A stretch of DNA of 64,000 nucleotides from Chiloscyllium plagiosum (Eukaryota). The notes under the pieces are model-generated. The model had not been told where the DNA came from. It made no database searches and saw nothing but the letters and a program-made list of their open reading frames with translations. The translations under genes were made by a program, and so were the position numbers. This document shows positions 1-11,520 of the stretch, piece by piece (position 1 is the first letter of the stretch; every line of letters begins with the position of its first letter). The stretch lies in the NCBI RefSeq assembly GCF_004010195.1, contig NC_057719.1, positions 60,499,080-60,563,079 on the forward strand. The letters run 5' to 3'.

Positions 1-606
1 TTTAAGCACTACAAAAATATTAGTACTTGTTCATTTAAACATACAGAGCAATTTTTTTTACCAACTAAATAATGTGTTTGTTAAGCATAATACTTTAGTT
101 GCAAGGGCAGGATTATATTCCTACGTTCCATAAATGTTTTATCTCCTTGAGTGACATAGAATTAACATCATGTTCTACTAGGAACTGAATCTCTAAGAGA
201 GAAGCAAAAGATATTACTGTTCACATAGATCTTTGTAACTATCTCTGAAAGAAATCCCAAAATCAGGTATTTCAGTCATAGGACAATGAAAATGATCTGG
301 ATAATGACCAGAATAAATAAACAACATTTTTAAAGTAATTATATAATCTCTTACAAACCATATAATAACCAGTACAATAGATCCATCAAAATAGATCAAA
401 CATCACTGCAACAATTGCTTATGCAAATAATTTTGTGTTGGCATTTCAGTCAAGTAGTTGGAGGTTTCTTCTACAGGTGAACTGAGTAGAACAGAATAGA
501 TTCTGAGAGACGGTGAAACTCCTTTACTTTGCTTTTACAGTATAGAATTTGTAGACTTTGAGAATCCGCTTCAATACAGCAATTCTTTATATCTCTTATT
601 CACTGT

Positions 607-750
607 GTCGGGCTCAGTGGTTATCACTGCTGTCTCATAGTGCCAGGGACTCGGGTTTGATTCCACCCTTGGGGGACTGTGTGTGGAGTTTGCATTTCTC
701 CCTGTCTTTGCATCGGTTTCCTCTGGGTGCCCCCGTTTCCTCTCTCAGTC
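607..750 (+). mobile_element. tRNA-derived SINE (HE1/V-SINE-like), 5' part
   Basis: A-box-like GGCTCAGTGGTTATCACT, B-box-like GGGTTTGATTCC and V-domain GTGTGGAGTTTGCATTTCTCCC; same family as 7449-7757. Confidence 0.8.
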
Positions 751-1024
751 TAGGTTTAGGGGAGAGGGGAAAGATATAAAAGAGACCTAAGGAACAACTT
801 TTTCACACAGAGGATGGTACGTGTATGGAATAAGCTGAAGTGGTGGAGGCTGGTACAATTGCAACATTTAAGAGGCATTTGGGTGGGTATATGAATAGGA
901 AGGGTTTGGAGGGATATGGGCCGGGTGCTGGCAGGTGGGACTAGATTGGGTTGGGATATCAGGTCGGCATGGACGGGTTGGACCGAAGGGTCTGTTTCCA
1001 TGCTGTACAACTCTATGACTCTAT
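751..1024 (+). mobile_element. CR1 LINE 3' end
   Basis: ORF2 C-terminus (KRDLRNNFFTQRMVRVWN) and a 3' UTR ending in CTATGACTCTAT. Confidence 0.85.
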
Positions 1025-1616
1025 TTAAATACTGAGTAGCTTTAGCATTTAGAAACACGGAGTCATAGAGATACACAGCACGGAAACAGACCCTTTGGTT
1101 TAACTCGTCCATGCCAACCAGATATCCCAACCTAACCTATGCCAGCACCCGGCCATATCCCTCCAAACCCTTCCTATTCATATACCCATCCAAATGCCTT
1201 TTAAAAGTTGTAATTCTCCTAGCCTCCACCACTTCCTCTGGCAGCTCATTCCACACACGCACCACTCTCTGCGTGAAAAAGTTGCCCCTTAGGTCTCTTT
1301 TATAACTTTCCCCTCTCACCCTAAACCTATGCCTTCTAGTTCTGGACTCCCACACCGCAGGGAAAAGACTTTGTCTATTTATCCTATCCATGCCCTTCAT
1401 AATTTTATTAACTTCCATAAGGTCACCACTCAGCCTCCAACACTCCAGGGAAAACAGCCCCAGCCTGCTCAACCTCTCCCTATAGCTCATATCCTCCAAC
1501 CCTGGCAACATGCTTATAAATCTTTTCTGAACTCTTTCAAGTTTCACAACATCCTTCCGATATTCCAAAAGTGGCTGAACCAATGTCCTGTACAGCCGCA
1601 ACATGACCTCTCGACT

Positions 1617-1699
1617 TAGGGCCTGTGCCCGAAACGTCGAATCTCCTGTTCCCTGGATGCTGCCTAACCTGCTGTGCTGTTCCAGCAATAAAGTTTCAA
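1617..1699 (+). mobile_element. Penelope-like terminal fragment inserted into CR1
   Basis: GGGCCTGTGCCCGAAACGTCGA (3' half of a hammerhead) plus GATGCTGCCT..CTGCTGTGCT; 9-bp TSD CTCTCGACT at 1608-1616 and 1700-1708. Confidence 0.8.
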
Positions 1700-2018
1700 C
1701 TCTCGACTCCAGTACTCAATACTCTGACCAATGAATGAAAGCATACCAAACACCTTCTTCACTAACCTATCTACCTGCGACTCCACTTTCAAGGAGCTAT
1801 GTATCTACACTCCAAGGTCTCTTTGTTCAGCAACACTCCCCAGGACCTTACCATTAAGTGTATAAGTCCTGCTAGGATTTGCTTTCCCAAAATGCAACAC
1901 CTCGCATTTATCTGAATTAAATTTGATCCGCCACTCCTAGCCCATTAACCCATCTGATCAAGATCCTGTTGTAATCTGAGGTAACCTTCTTCGTTGTCCA
2001 CTACACCTCCACTTTTGG

Positions 2019-2659
2019 NNNNNNNNNNNNNNNNNNNNNNNNNNNNNNNNNNNNNNNNNNNNNNNNNNNNNNNNNNNNNNNNNNNNNNNNNNNNNNNNNN
2101 NNNNNNNNNNNNNNNNNNNNNNNNNNNNNNNNNNNNNNNNNNNNNNNNNNNNNNNNNNNNNNNNNNNNNNNNNNNNNNNNNNNNNNNNNNNNNNNNNNNN
2201 NNNNNNNNNNNNNNNNNNNNNNNNNNNNNNNNNNNNNNNNNNNNNNNNNNNNNNNNNNNNNNNNNNNNNNNNNNNNNNNNNNNNNNNNNNNNNNNNNNNN
2301 NNNNNNNNNNNNNNNNNNNNNNNNNNNNNNNNNNNNNNNNNNNNNNNNNNNNNNNNNNNNNNNNNNNNNNNNNNNNNNNNNNNNNNNNNNNNNNNNNNNN
2401 NNNNNNNNNNNNNNNNNNNNNNNNNNNNNNNNNNNNNNNNNNNNNNNNNNNNNNNNNNNNNNNNNNNNNNNNNNNNNNNNNNNNNNNNNNNNNNNNNNNN
2501 NNNNNNNNNNNNNNNNNNNNNNNNNNNNNNNNNNNNNNNNNNNNNNNNNNNNNNNNNNNNNNNNNNNNNNNNNNNNNNNNNNNNNNNNNNNNNNNNNNNN
2601 NNNNNNNNNNNNNNNNNNNNNNNNNNNNNNNNNNNNNNNNNNNNNNNNNNNNNNNNNNN
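2019..2659. other. assembly gap
   Basis: run of N. Confidence 1.
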
Positions 2660-2850
2660 CAGAGGATGTGGTGGAGGCTGGTACAATTGCAACATTTAAG
2701 AGACATTTGGATGGGTATATGAATAGGAAAGGTCTAGAGGGATATGGGCCGGGTGCTGGTAGGTGGGACTAGATTGGGTTTGGATATCTGGTTGGCATGG
2801 ACGGGTTGGACCGAAGGGTCTGTTTCCATGCTGTAGATCTCTATGACTCT
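2660..2850 (+). mobile_element. CR1 3' end fragment
   Basis: Near-identical to 835-1024; ends in CTATGACTCTA. Confidence 0.85.
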
Positions 2851-5326
2851 AAGCTCGTGAGACATGATTTCCCATGCGCAAAGGCATGTTGACTATCCCT
2901 AATCAGTCCTTGCCTTTCCAAAAACATGTAAATCTTGTCCCTCAGGATTCCCTCCAACAACTTGCCCACCACTGACATCAAACTCACCGGTCTATGGTTC
3001 CCTGGCTTGTCCTTACCACCTTTCTTAAATAGTGGTACCACATTAGCCAACCTCCAGTCCTCGGCACCTCACCTGTGACTATCGATGATACAAATATCTC
3101 AGCAAGGGGCCCAGCAACCACTTCCCTAGCTTCCCACGGAGTTCTAGGGTACACCTGGTCAGGTCCTGGGGATTTATACGTTTCAAGACATCCAGCACTT
3201 CTCCCTCTGTAATATGGGCATTTTTCAAGATGTCACCAACTATGTTCCCACATTCTATATCTTCCATGTCTTTCTCCACAGTAAACACTGATGCAAAATA
3301 CTCGTTTAGTATCTCCCCGATCTCCTGCGGCTCCACACAACAGCCGCCTTGCTGATCTCTGAGGGGCCCTACTCTCTCCCTAGTTATCCTTTTGTCCTTA
3401 ATGTATTTGTAAAAACTCTTTGAATTGTCCTTAACCCTATTTGCCAAAGTTATCTCAAGTCACTTTTTGCCCTCCTTATTTCCTTCTTAAGTGTACTCCT
3501 ACTGCCTTTATACTCTTCTAAGGATTCAGTCCATTTATGCTGTCTATACCTGACATATGCTTCCTTCTTTTTCTTAACCAAACCCTCAATTTCTCTAGTC
3601 ATCCAGCATTCCCTACACCGACCAGCCTTACCTTTCACCCTAACAGGAATATACTGTCTCTGAAATCTTGTTATCTCATTTCTTAGTACACGTAAAATCC
3701 TACAATAACCAATTTCACTACTCATAATTTTGTAGTTATATAAAAATAATTGTGAGTGGTCATGATCAATGATATTTTGATCAATGCAGTTTTTTTTAAA
3801 AGTTGTTAGATCAAATGCACTGTTGAAAAGATATCAGAGTATTTGGGAAGCTATTTTACAAAAACATTTCAGTAATGGTGGACATTTATATACCTATATT
3901 TTCTGTTTCTATTTCATATTTCCAACTTCCACAGTACTTTGTTGTGGATACATGTAATTATAACATTACCAACATCGGTACAAAGTCAACACAATATGTA
4001 ACTTGTTTACATAAATTTAAATTAAATATTATGCAACCAAATAACTAGAAGTTCACAATGTTGCATTAAAATGAAATATCAGATTCATTCATATTTATGA
4101 GACTGTACCAGGCATGTTGTGCAAGTGTTTTATTTCTGAATGATTCTGTTAAATATTCTTACACTCAACGTGGGAATACTAGGAATTTTGGTGTTTACTT
4201 CAAATAGCCTGGTGTGGAAATTATTCTGATACCACTTTAATTTAGATTATTGAGAGTACAGGACAGGTTGATGTACTTGAACGACGAGATGAGAGGTCAA
4301 TCCCTCCAATCATTTCACTTTCTCAATTTCTTACTACAGTTTCAGCGGGGCCGTTATCACATTCTAATCTGTCACCACATTTTAATTCATTTTTCTGAAT
4401 TTCACTGACATTATAATAAAAAGCCACACAAAGACTTTCCCTGTCACCAAACTCCCATGCAGTTTCTGTTCTCAAAGATTTTCTGAATATCTTCAGACAG
4501 GAGATTTTAGACTGAGGTGAGTAGGATTTATTACAGCAGAGAGTCAGAACATTATTTACCAATGCTCTTGTCTGATTGAATGTGCACTGAAGTAATGAGA
4601 GCAATCTTTATGCAATGCACATAGGGTAATGAATTAGCATTTTAATTGGTGGAACATGAACCAGACATGTTGGGTGGAATTTTCCCCTCTCTGATGTGCC
4701 ATGGGCAATGGCAAGAAAGATGGTACAAAATGCAAGAATGAGTTTTTAGCACAATTTTCCCCTTAAATGTTAAATGGAGACTTCAGAATCTCACTGCAGA
4801 GTGATGACTACCCTATTTCTATGTATTTGCATTTCATTAGTAGCTCAAATTGCCTCATTTATATGTCACTTTCAATTTCCCAGTCCTCCTCCGAAAAACT
4901 AGGTGGCATAAAAATTCAACATGAAAATCATTGTGGATATCTAGTGGCAGCAGCTTACTGAATATTTGTCCTGGATATCTTCTGACTGTGTCTACAGCAC
5001 AATGTCCTTCTAAGCTTCATGGTTGCCATCCTCTTCAGCCTTTTGTATATGCTAATTGGCAGCAGCAAACCATGGCCTCAACGTACCATCATGCCTACTC
5101 ATGAACCAATGCATACACCAACTCTTCCGCACTTCACTTTGGAGCTCAGGGACATCTGGGACATGCATGCTTCTACCATTTTGCTTTGCGCACAGTGACA
5201 CAAGGTAACTATGCAGGATACATGAAATGGTTTTAGCTTGCTATCTGCATTTAATGTTTGGTTTCCAGCATACTGAGTCTTTCAGAATTCAGTTACTGGC
5301 TGTTTTGTATTGCTTTTTAGTGTGGA

Positions 5327-5860
5327 AACATAGAAACTGGGAATAGGAGTAGGCCATTTGGCCCTTTGAGCCTGCTGCACATCAAATATGATCATGGTTG
5401 ATCTTCTATCTCAATATCATATTCCTGCTTTCTCTCTATACCTCTTGCTGTCTTTAAAATCCAAAAATGTGACTTTCTCCTTCGTGAATATAGCCAGTGA
5501 GTTGATCTCTACAGTCTGTTGTATTGGAGAATTCCATAGGTTCACTATCCTTTCAGTGAAAAAAATGTTGATTCATCTCAGTTCTAAGCAGCCAACCTCA
5601 TATCCTGAGATAGTGAGCCCGGTTCTAAACTTCCCAACAAGGAAAAACATCCCTTGCATCTCATCCAGTCCCATTAGAATTTAATACATTTCAATCAGAT
5701 CCCTTCTCATCCTTTTAAACTCTTGTAAATTCAGGCCCAGTGAAATCAATCTCTCATGTGACAGTCCCCCCATCCCCAGAACCTCTGCAATTATGTTCTT
5801 CTTTAGGTGGGGAGACCAAAACTGATTGCAGTACACCAGGTGTGGTCTTACCAAGGCCAC
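5327..5860 (-). mobile_element. older CR1-family LINE 3' end
   Basis: Reverse 3' UTR AACATAGAA..AGGAGTAGGCCATT; degenerate RPHLVYCNQFWSP motif on the minus strand near 5800-5850. Confidence 0.7.
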
Positions 5861-5874
5861 GTAAAACCCCTTTG

Positions 5875-7400
5875 TATTTATTTATTAGTGGGACATAGGT
5901 GACACTGGCTACCCAGCATTTATTGCCCATCCCTCCCTGCCCTTGACAAGGTGGTGGTGAGCTGCCTTCTTGAACCACTCCACCGTTGCAGAGAATTTGC
6001 CCCGATACCCATTGATTCCAGTTTTGTTAGAACTCCATGATCTCACACTCAGTCAAAATCAGCCTTGACATCAAAGGCTGTCACTCTCACCTCATCTCTG
6101 CAATTCAGCTCTTTTGCCCATGTTTGAACCGAGGCTGTAATGAAGTCAGGAACTTAGTGGCCTTGACAAAACTCAAACTCGGCATTATTGAGCAGGTTAT
6201 TGCTGAGCAGATTATTGCTGAGAAGGTGCTGCTGGATAGCACTGTTGATGTCACTTTCCATCACTTTACTGATAACCCAGAGCAGACTGCTTTCCATGTA
6301 CAAGACATTCAGGGCAAATTTACCATATTGTCTGTTGTGACTGTATAGTAAAAGCTTGGCTAGGGAAGTGGCAAGTTCTGGAGTACGAGTCTTCAGTACA
6401 ACTGCTGGAATGTTGTCAGTGCCCATAGCTTTTACAGTATCCAGTGTCTGCAACTGTTTATTGACATCACATGCAGTGAATTGAATTGGCTGGTATCTGT
6501 AATGCTGGGGACTACGGGAGGAGGCTGAGATAAATCATCGAGTCATCCACTGGCACTTCTGGCTGAAGATTGTTGTGAATGTTTTAGTCTTGCTGATCTC
6601 TTCAATCTTTGAGGGTGGGAATATTTGTGCAGCCTCCCCCTCCAATGAGTTGTTTAATTGTCCACGATCATTCATGATGGCTGTGACAGGACTGCAAAGT
6701 TTCGATCTAATCTGTTGGTTGTGGGATCGCTTAGCTCTATTCACTTGCTGCTTGGCATACAAATAGTCCTGTTTGGTTGCTTCATCAGGTTGATGCCTCA
6801 TTTTTAGGTATGCTCGGTATTGCTCCTGGCATGCTCTCCTGCACTTTTCAATTGAACCAGGGTTGATCCCTGGATGGACAGTAATGGTCGAGGGAGGATT
6901 TGCCATGTCCTGAGATTGCTGATTGTGGAATAGAGTTCTGCTGCTGTTGAATGCCCAATCTAGAGTTGTTCAATCGGTTCGGTCTATCTTAGTTAGCACA
7001 GTGATATGATAGTGCCACACAATACTAGTGGAGGCTATTCTCAATGTACATGCGGACCTTAGTCTCCACAAAAATTGTGTGGTGTTCACTCTTACTGATA
7101 CGATTATGGACAGATGGATCTGCAGCTTGCAGATTGGTAAGGATGAGGTCAGCTATGTTTTTTGTTCTTGTTGTTTCACTCACCATTTGCTGCAGACCCA
7201 ATCTAGCAGCTTTGTCCTTTAGGACCTGACCAGCTCGATCAGTAGCATTGCTACCAAGTATTGAAAGACATTGGGATTCCCTCACCCAGAGTACATTTTG
7301 TGCCTCCTGTGTTTCCTCATTGGTCAAAATGGAACAGTACCTATTCATTAGCCACGGGAGGATGGTATGTGGTAATCAGCAGGAGGTTTCCTTGCCGATT
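5875..7400 (-). mobile_element. L2/CR1-clade LINE ORF2 remnant with 3' tail
   Basis: KAMGTDNIPAVVLKT..PELATSLAKL, SLLWVISKVMES, DLILTNL and SEHHTIFV (endonuclease); tail CCAGCATTTATTGCCCATCCC shared with 25800-25835 and 51760-51826. Confidence 0.8.
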
Positions 7401-7448
7401 AGATGTTATGGAGTCTGCAGTCAATGACCATCAATACATCCGTGCCTG

Positions 7449-7757
7449 GGCGGCACGGTGGCACAGTGGTTAGCACTGCTGCCTCACAGCGCCAGAGACG
7501 CGGGTTCAATTCCTACCTCAGGCAACTGTCTGTGTGGAGTTTGCACATTCTACCCGAGTCTGTGTGGGTTTCCTCCAGGTGCTCCGGTTTCCTCCCACAG
7601 TCCAAAAATGTGCAGGTTAGGTGAATTGGCCATGCTAAATTGCCCATAGTGTTAAGTGAAGGGGTAAATGTCGGGGAATGGGTCTGGGTGTGTTGCTCTT
7701 CAGAGGGTCGGTGTTAGGCTGAAGGGCCGGTTTCCACACTGTAAGTAATCTAATCTA
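7449..7757 (+). mobile_element. full-length tRNA-derived SINE (HE1/V-SINE-like)
   Basis: GGCACAGTGGTTAGCACTGCTGCCTCACAGC..GGGTTCAATTCC head, V domain, LINE-like tail ending (AATCT)n. Confidence 0.9.
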
Positions 7758-7960
7758 TTTGCGGGGCTACTTCTTTTCAGAATCTGGGACATAGAATATG
7801 AGGCTCTGGTGATTTGCCAGCCTTTAACTCCATTAATTTTCCTTGCACTATTTTTTTTACCAATATGAATTTCCTTCAATTCTTCCTTCTCACAAGATGT
7901 TTGGTCTCCCAACATTTCTGGGATGTTATTTGAGCACTCTTTTTTGAAGATAGAATCAGA
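7758..7960 (-). mobile_element. CR1 ORF2 fragment
   Basis: Minus-strand SIFKKECSNNIPEMLG..EELKEIHI, typical of the CR1 EN-RT linker. Confidence 0.55.
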
Positions 7961-10020
7961 GTATGAGAGAGCTACAGGGAGCTTGTCATGATGGATAGCA
8001 CTGAACAATCAAGGAAATGGACATGTTGATGCAATATCCATATTGCAATTGCTGCATCTGCCAGCAGTTTATGTGACAAACAGTGCACGTCCTTCAAGCA
8101 AACAGCCATGTATGAAGTAAAAGGAGATCAGTCTTCAGTAGGACAAAGGTGGACTGCAGTCGTAAGGAGATACTGCCAGTCAGGCCAAGGGCTCATCTGA
8201 TTCCACTCCAGGTGCTTGGCCATGGTCAGTCAGATGTTAGACTATGAGAGTCCAGTAATCCATGTCCTTACAGTTACAATATTAAAAGGAGGTCAGAGGG
8301 GTGTTTGGGAGACAACTGTATAGGAGGGAAAGGCCAATTTATCCTACAATGAGACAAATGGAGGAGCTGTGCATCATGGAAGAGCATAAAGATTAGTTTG
8401 TAATAATGCAGGAGCATGAGAGTAAGGTGCTGAGGTGTCCCTAGTAAGTGAGTAGGAATCGCAAAGGGCAGAAAGAGTCCGAAGTTTTGAATGATGCAAT
8501 GCCAAGTCCTTGTATGTCCATTATGATAAGGGAAGATCACAACCTCAGGTATCTACACATATGTTACACTTTTAACTGCAATGTGTTTCATGAAAAAAGA
8601 ACATACAGCCAAATACCTGGGGCTAAGAATATAAATTATGTACATTGTAACTCAGTCTGTCTGGAAGACCTGTATAGATTATCCTCAGTTTGAGGCAGAA
8701 CATAGAATCTCATATGTGACAGTAGTTCTTGGTAGAGAAAGATACCCTCAGTTTATTACTAGCTTTCAAACACTTTGAGATTTATGTTCAAGTTATGTAG
8801 AGAGACAACAGTGTACACGACCAAAACCCATTAACTTTTGTGAAGAAGCTTAAACTCAGAATGCCAGATTATTCCATTGGAGTTTGTTTCCTCAAATGTA
8901 TCATCAAAAAATTACACTCATTACCTGGAAATAAAACATAAATACAGATCCCTGTCCAGAATATATTCGCTGAGAACTGAATTGATAATACTAACTACCA
9001 GGAGAATGCATGTTGGTGCAGGAGTGTGTTTTTTGATATAGATAGTTAATTCTTTTTTAATTTTTGTATGAACAGACAATTATTCGATTTCATTCTTCAT
9101 TGGGGGCAACTGTCATGACAACAAATCACAGTCCAGGATCACGAATGGATATACTAAACCTTTAATTACAATGTGTGTTTTTTTTAAAAAAAGAGGGCAT
9201 ACAGACAAAAATGACAGGATTCAGTCTGTCTGAAAGGCCTGTATGGCTTCTATTTAGCCTAGTGGAAGACCCTCGAATCTAACACCTGATGAATCTCAAG
9301 GAAGCTTCAAATAGCAGGACTTGAAAAGAAATACATGTACTGTAAATTGAATTGTAAACCCTTCTGAATTATCTTAGACCATGAACATGATGGTAGAAAA
9401 GAAAGAAATTGGGTGAAATACATGTTTGGGTTTTCCCCTTTCAAGAATACACAAGAACAGAGGTTAAATGTCATTTTAATTCTGGTCATTGTGTGTTAGT
9501 GACCTTTGTGCTACTCTGTGTACCAGTGAGCTGTGAGGAGATAGTCTGAGGGAAGTCATTAAAACATGGCCAGTACAAAGAAATACACACTCTCACTTTG
9601 AATACTGTGAGCCAATCAACATTGAAAGGAAACAAGACTTAGGAGCATGAGCTAACCTGCAAAGTCAAGAATTTCAAAATCAACTGCTCAACAATCAACG
9701 TCAATGACACCAGTATCACCAAATGTAATAATAAAAATGCAACATAATAATTGTAATAAATGTCTAACTCATAGAACTTGGAGACTAGTCTGAATTTATT
9801 TTTTAATTTTTATCTTTGGACTCATCTGTTCTTTCTAATCTGTATGTCTGCATTGTGTTATTATTTATTCTCATGTCAAGTAACTAATATATTTTCTCTT
9901 TAAATAACTTCAAATCTTTTAAATTACTCTCCAAAACATGGTTAAATTGGTTCTTTTTAGAACATTAATTCATTTAGTCTGGGAGAGGGGTATCCATAAC
10001 AGTAGGGATCCTCTTTAAAT

Positions 10021-11016
10021 GTTGTGGTTCTGTTCGCCGAGCTGGAAATTTTTGTTGCAAACGTTTCGTCCCCTGTCTAGGTAACATCCTCAGTGCTTGT
10101 GGTGAACGGAGAATTCACCACAAAGGTATACAGGAAAGCCACACACACAGACCAAGTCCTGAACTATGAAAGCAACCACCCCAACACACACAAACGAAGT
10201 TGCATCAAGACACTATTCAAAAGGGCCACAACACACTGCAGCACACCAGAACTGCAAAAAGAGGAAGAGGAACACCTATACAAGGTATTCGCCAAAAACG
10301 GATACCCGCGCAATTTCATCAACAGATGCCTAAGAGAAAGACATCGGAACGAGGACATGCCTCAACCCAAAGGACTAGCCACACTACCATACATCAGGAG
10401 CATTTCAGAAAAGCCAGACTACTGCGACCACTAGGAATTATAACAGCACACAAACCAACAGCCACCCTCAGACAACAACTCACCAGAACGAAGGACCCAA
10501 TACCCAGCATGAGCAAAACTAATGTAGTGTACAAAATCCCATGCAAGGACTGCACAAAACACTATATAGGACAAACAGGAAGACAGCTAACGATCCGCAT
10601 CCACGAACATCAACTAGCCACGAAACGACACGACCAGCTATCCTTAGTAGCCACACACGCAGACGACAAGCAACATGAATTCGACTGGGACAACACTACC
10701 ATTATAGGGCAAGCCAAACAGAGAACAGACAGGGAATTCCTAGAAGCATGCACTCATCCACAAACTCCATCAACAAACACATCGGCCTGGACCCAATATA
10801 CTGGCCACTACAGCGGACAGCTGAAACTGACAACCGGAAGCGACAGGGACAGGCCACAATAAATGCCGGAGGAAACACCACAGAAGCGCTCCACAGGAGG
10901 CTCCCAAGCACTGAGGATGTCACCTAGACAGGGGACGAAACGTTTGCAACAAAAACTTCCAGCTCGGCAAACAGAACCACAACAACGAGCACCCGAGCTA
11001 CAAATCTTCACCCAAA
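10021..11016 (+). mobile_element. Penelope-like retroelement, 5'-truncated, with an inverted terminal copy
   Basis: RT C-terminus VYRKATHTDQVLNYESNHP; GIY-YIG endonuclease NVVYKIPCKDCTKHYIGQTGRQLTIRIHEH; 10021-10099 is the reverse complement of 10905-10983; 10-bp TSD CTCTTTAAAT at 10011-10020 and 11017-11026. Confidence 0.95.
10908..10947 (+). ncRNA. minimal type I hammerhead ribozyme motif
   Basis: GCA-CTGAGGA-T-stem II (GTCACCT agac AGGGGAC)-GAA-ACGT-T-TGC; palindromic ACGT stem III; GCA/TGC stem I. Confidence 0.75.
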
Positions 11017-11279
11017 CTCTTTAAATCAATCTTGTTGTAACCAAATGAAAGAGCAAATGATTAAAGAAAAGGAATTAGTTCATCTCATCCATAAGCTTAA
11101 CAATCGGAGGAATCCTATCTTGAACAGATTGATAAGCTTTGCTCAGGAACTGGTCATAACAATATGATGCATGTAATAGTGAGAGTTACAGTCCATAAGC
11201 CTTGCTGAGGAACTTGGGCAGTGGCAGAGTTTGAGTGAGAGTAGCCCTGGAAGTCTGGGTTAGCAAAGAGAAGACAGTG

Positions 11280-11520
11280 CAACTCAACTTTGCAGAGCAC
11301 AGAGGTGACATTATTTCCTCAGTGCTAGAGATCCCACTTCACTCAAGACACAGAACTGAATCAGGTTATAATTGGGTCCAGGCTTGCTGTGTTTGGTGAT
11401 GTAGCCTCCTGGAAATGTCAGCAAGAAAAAAGGATTGCCCTCCTCTCCACTTCCCCATCCACCAATCCTCGTAGTCATCAAGAGGGGAACGAGTTTTTAT
11501 TTCTGAATGAGCCATGTCCT
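11280..11520 (-). pseudogene. degenerate Myb/SANT-like ORF, probably from a PIF/Harbinger transposon
   Basis: RRLHHQTQQAWTQL followed by a decayed RK..L..SAK pattern; weak motif match only. Confidence 0.35.

Larger units (their letters stand above)
1058..3680 (-). mobile_element. CR1 LINE, 5'-truncated, interrupted by a gap and insertions
   Basis: Minus-strand ORF2 pieces: ANVVPLFKKGGKDKPGNHRPVSL, KSFYKYIKDKR, LYRTLVQPLLEY, RGNFFTQRVVRVWNELPEEVVEA; 3' UTR tail near 1058. Confidence 0.9.
9111..11160. mobile_element. putative solo LTR (about 1.04 kb) split by a Penelope insertion
   Basis: Termini TGTCATGAC ... GTCATAACA are inverted and resemble the termini of 59623-60310; no clear TSD. Confidence 0.5.

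Noticed and set aside
214..399. 61-aa minus-strand ORF
   Set aside because: AT-rich, non-ATG start and no recognisable motif
1945..2722. Long ORFs spanning N runs (also 35389-36193 and 57900-58985)
   Set aside because: Artefacts of translating assembly gaps
7449..7520. tRNA gene
   Set aside because: The A/B boxes continue into the V domain and LINE-like tail and recur many times; these are SINE heads
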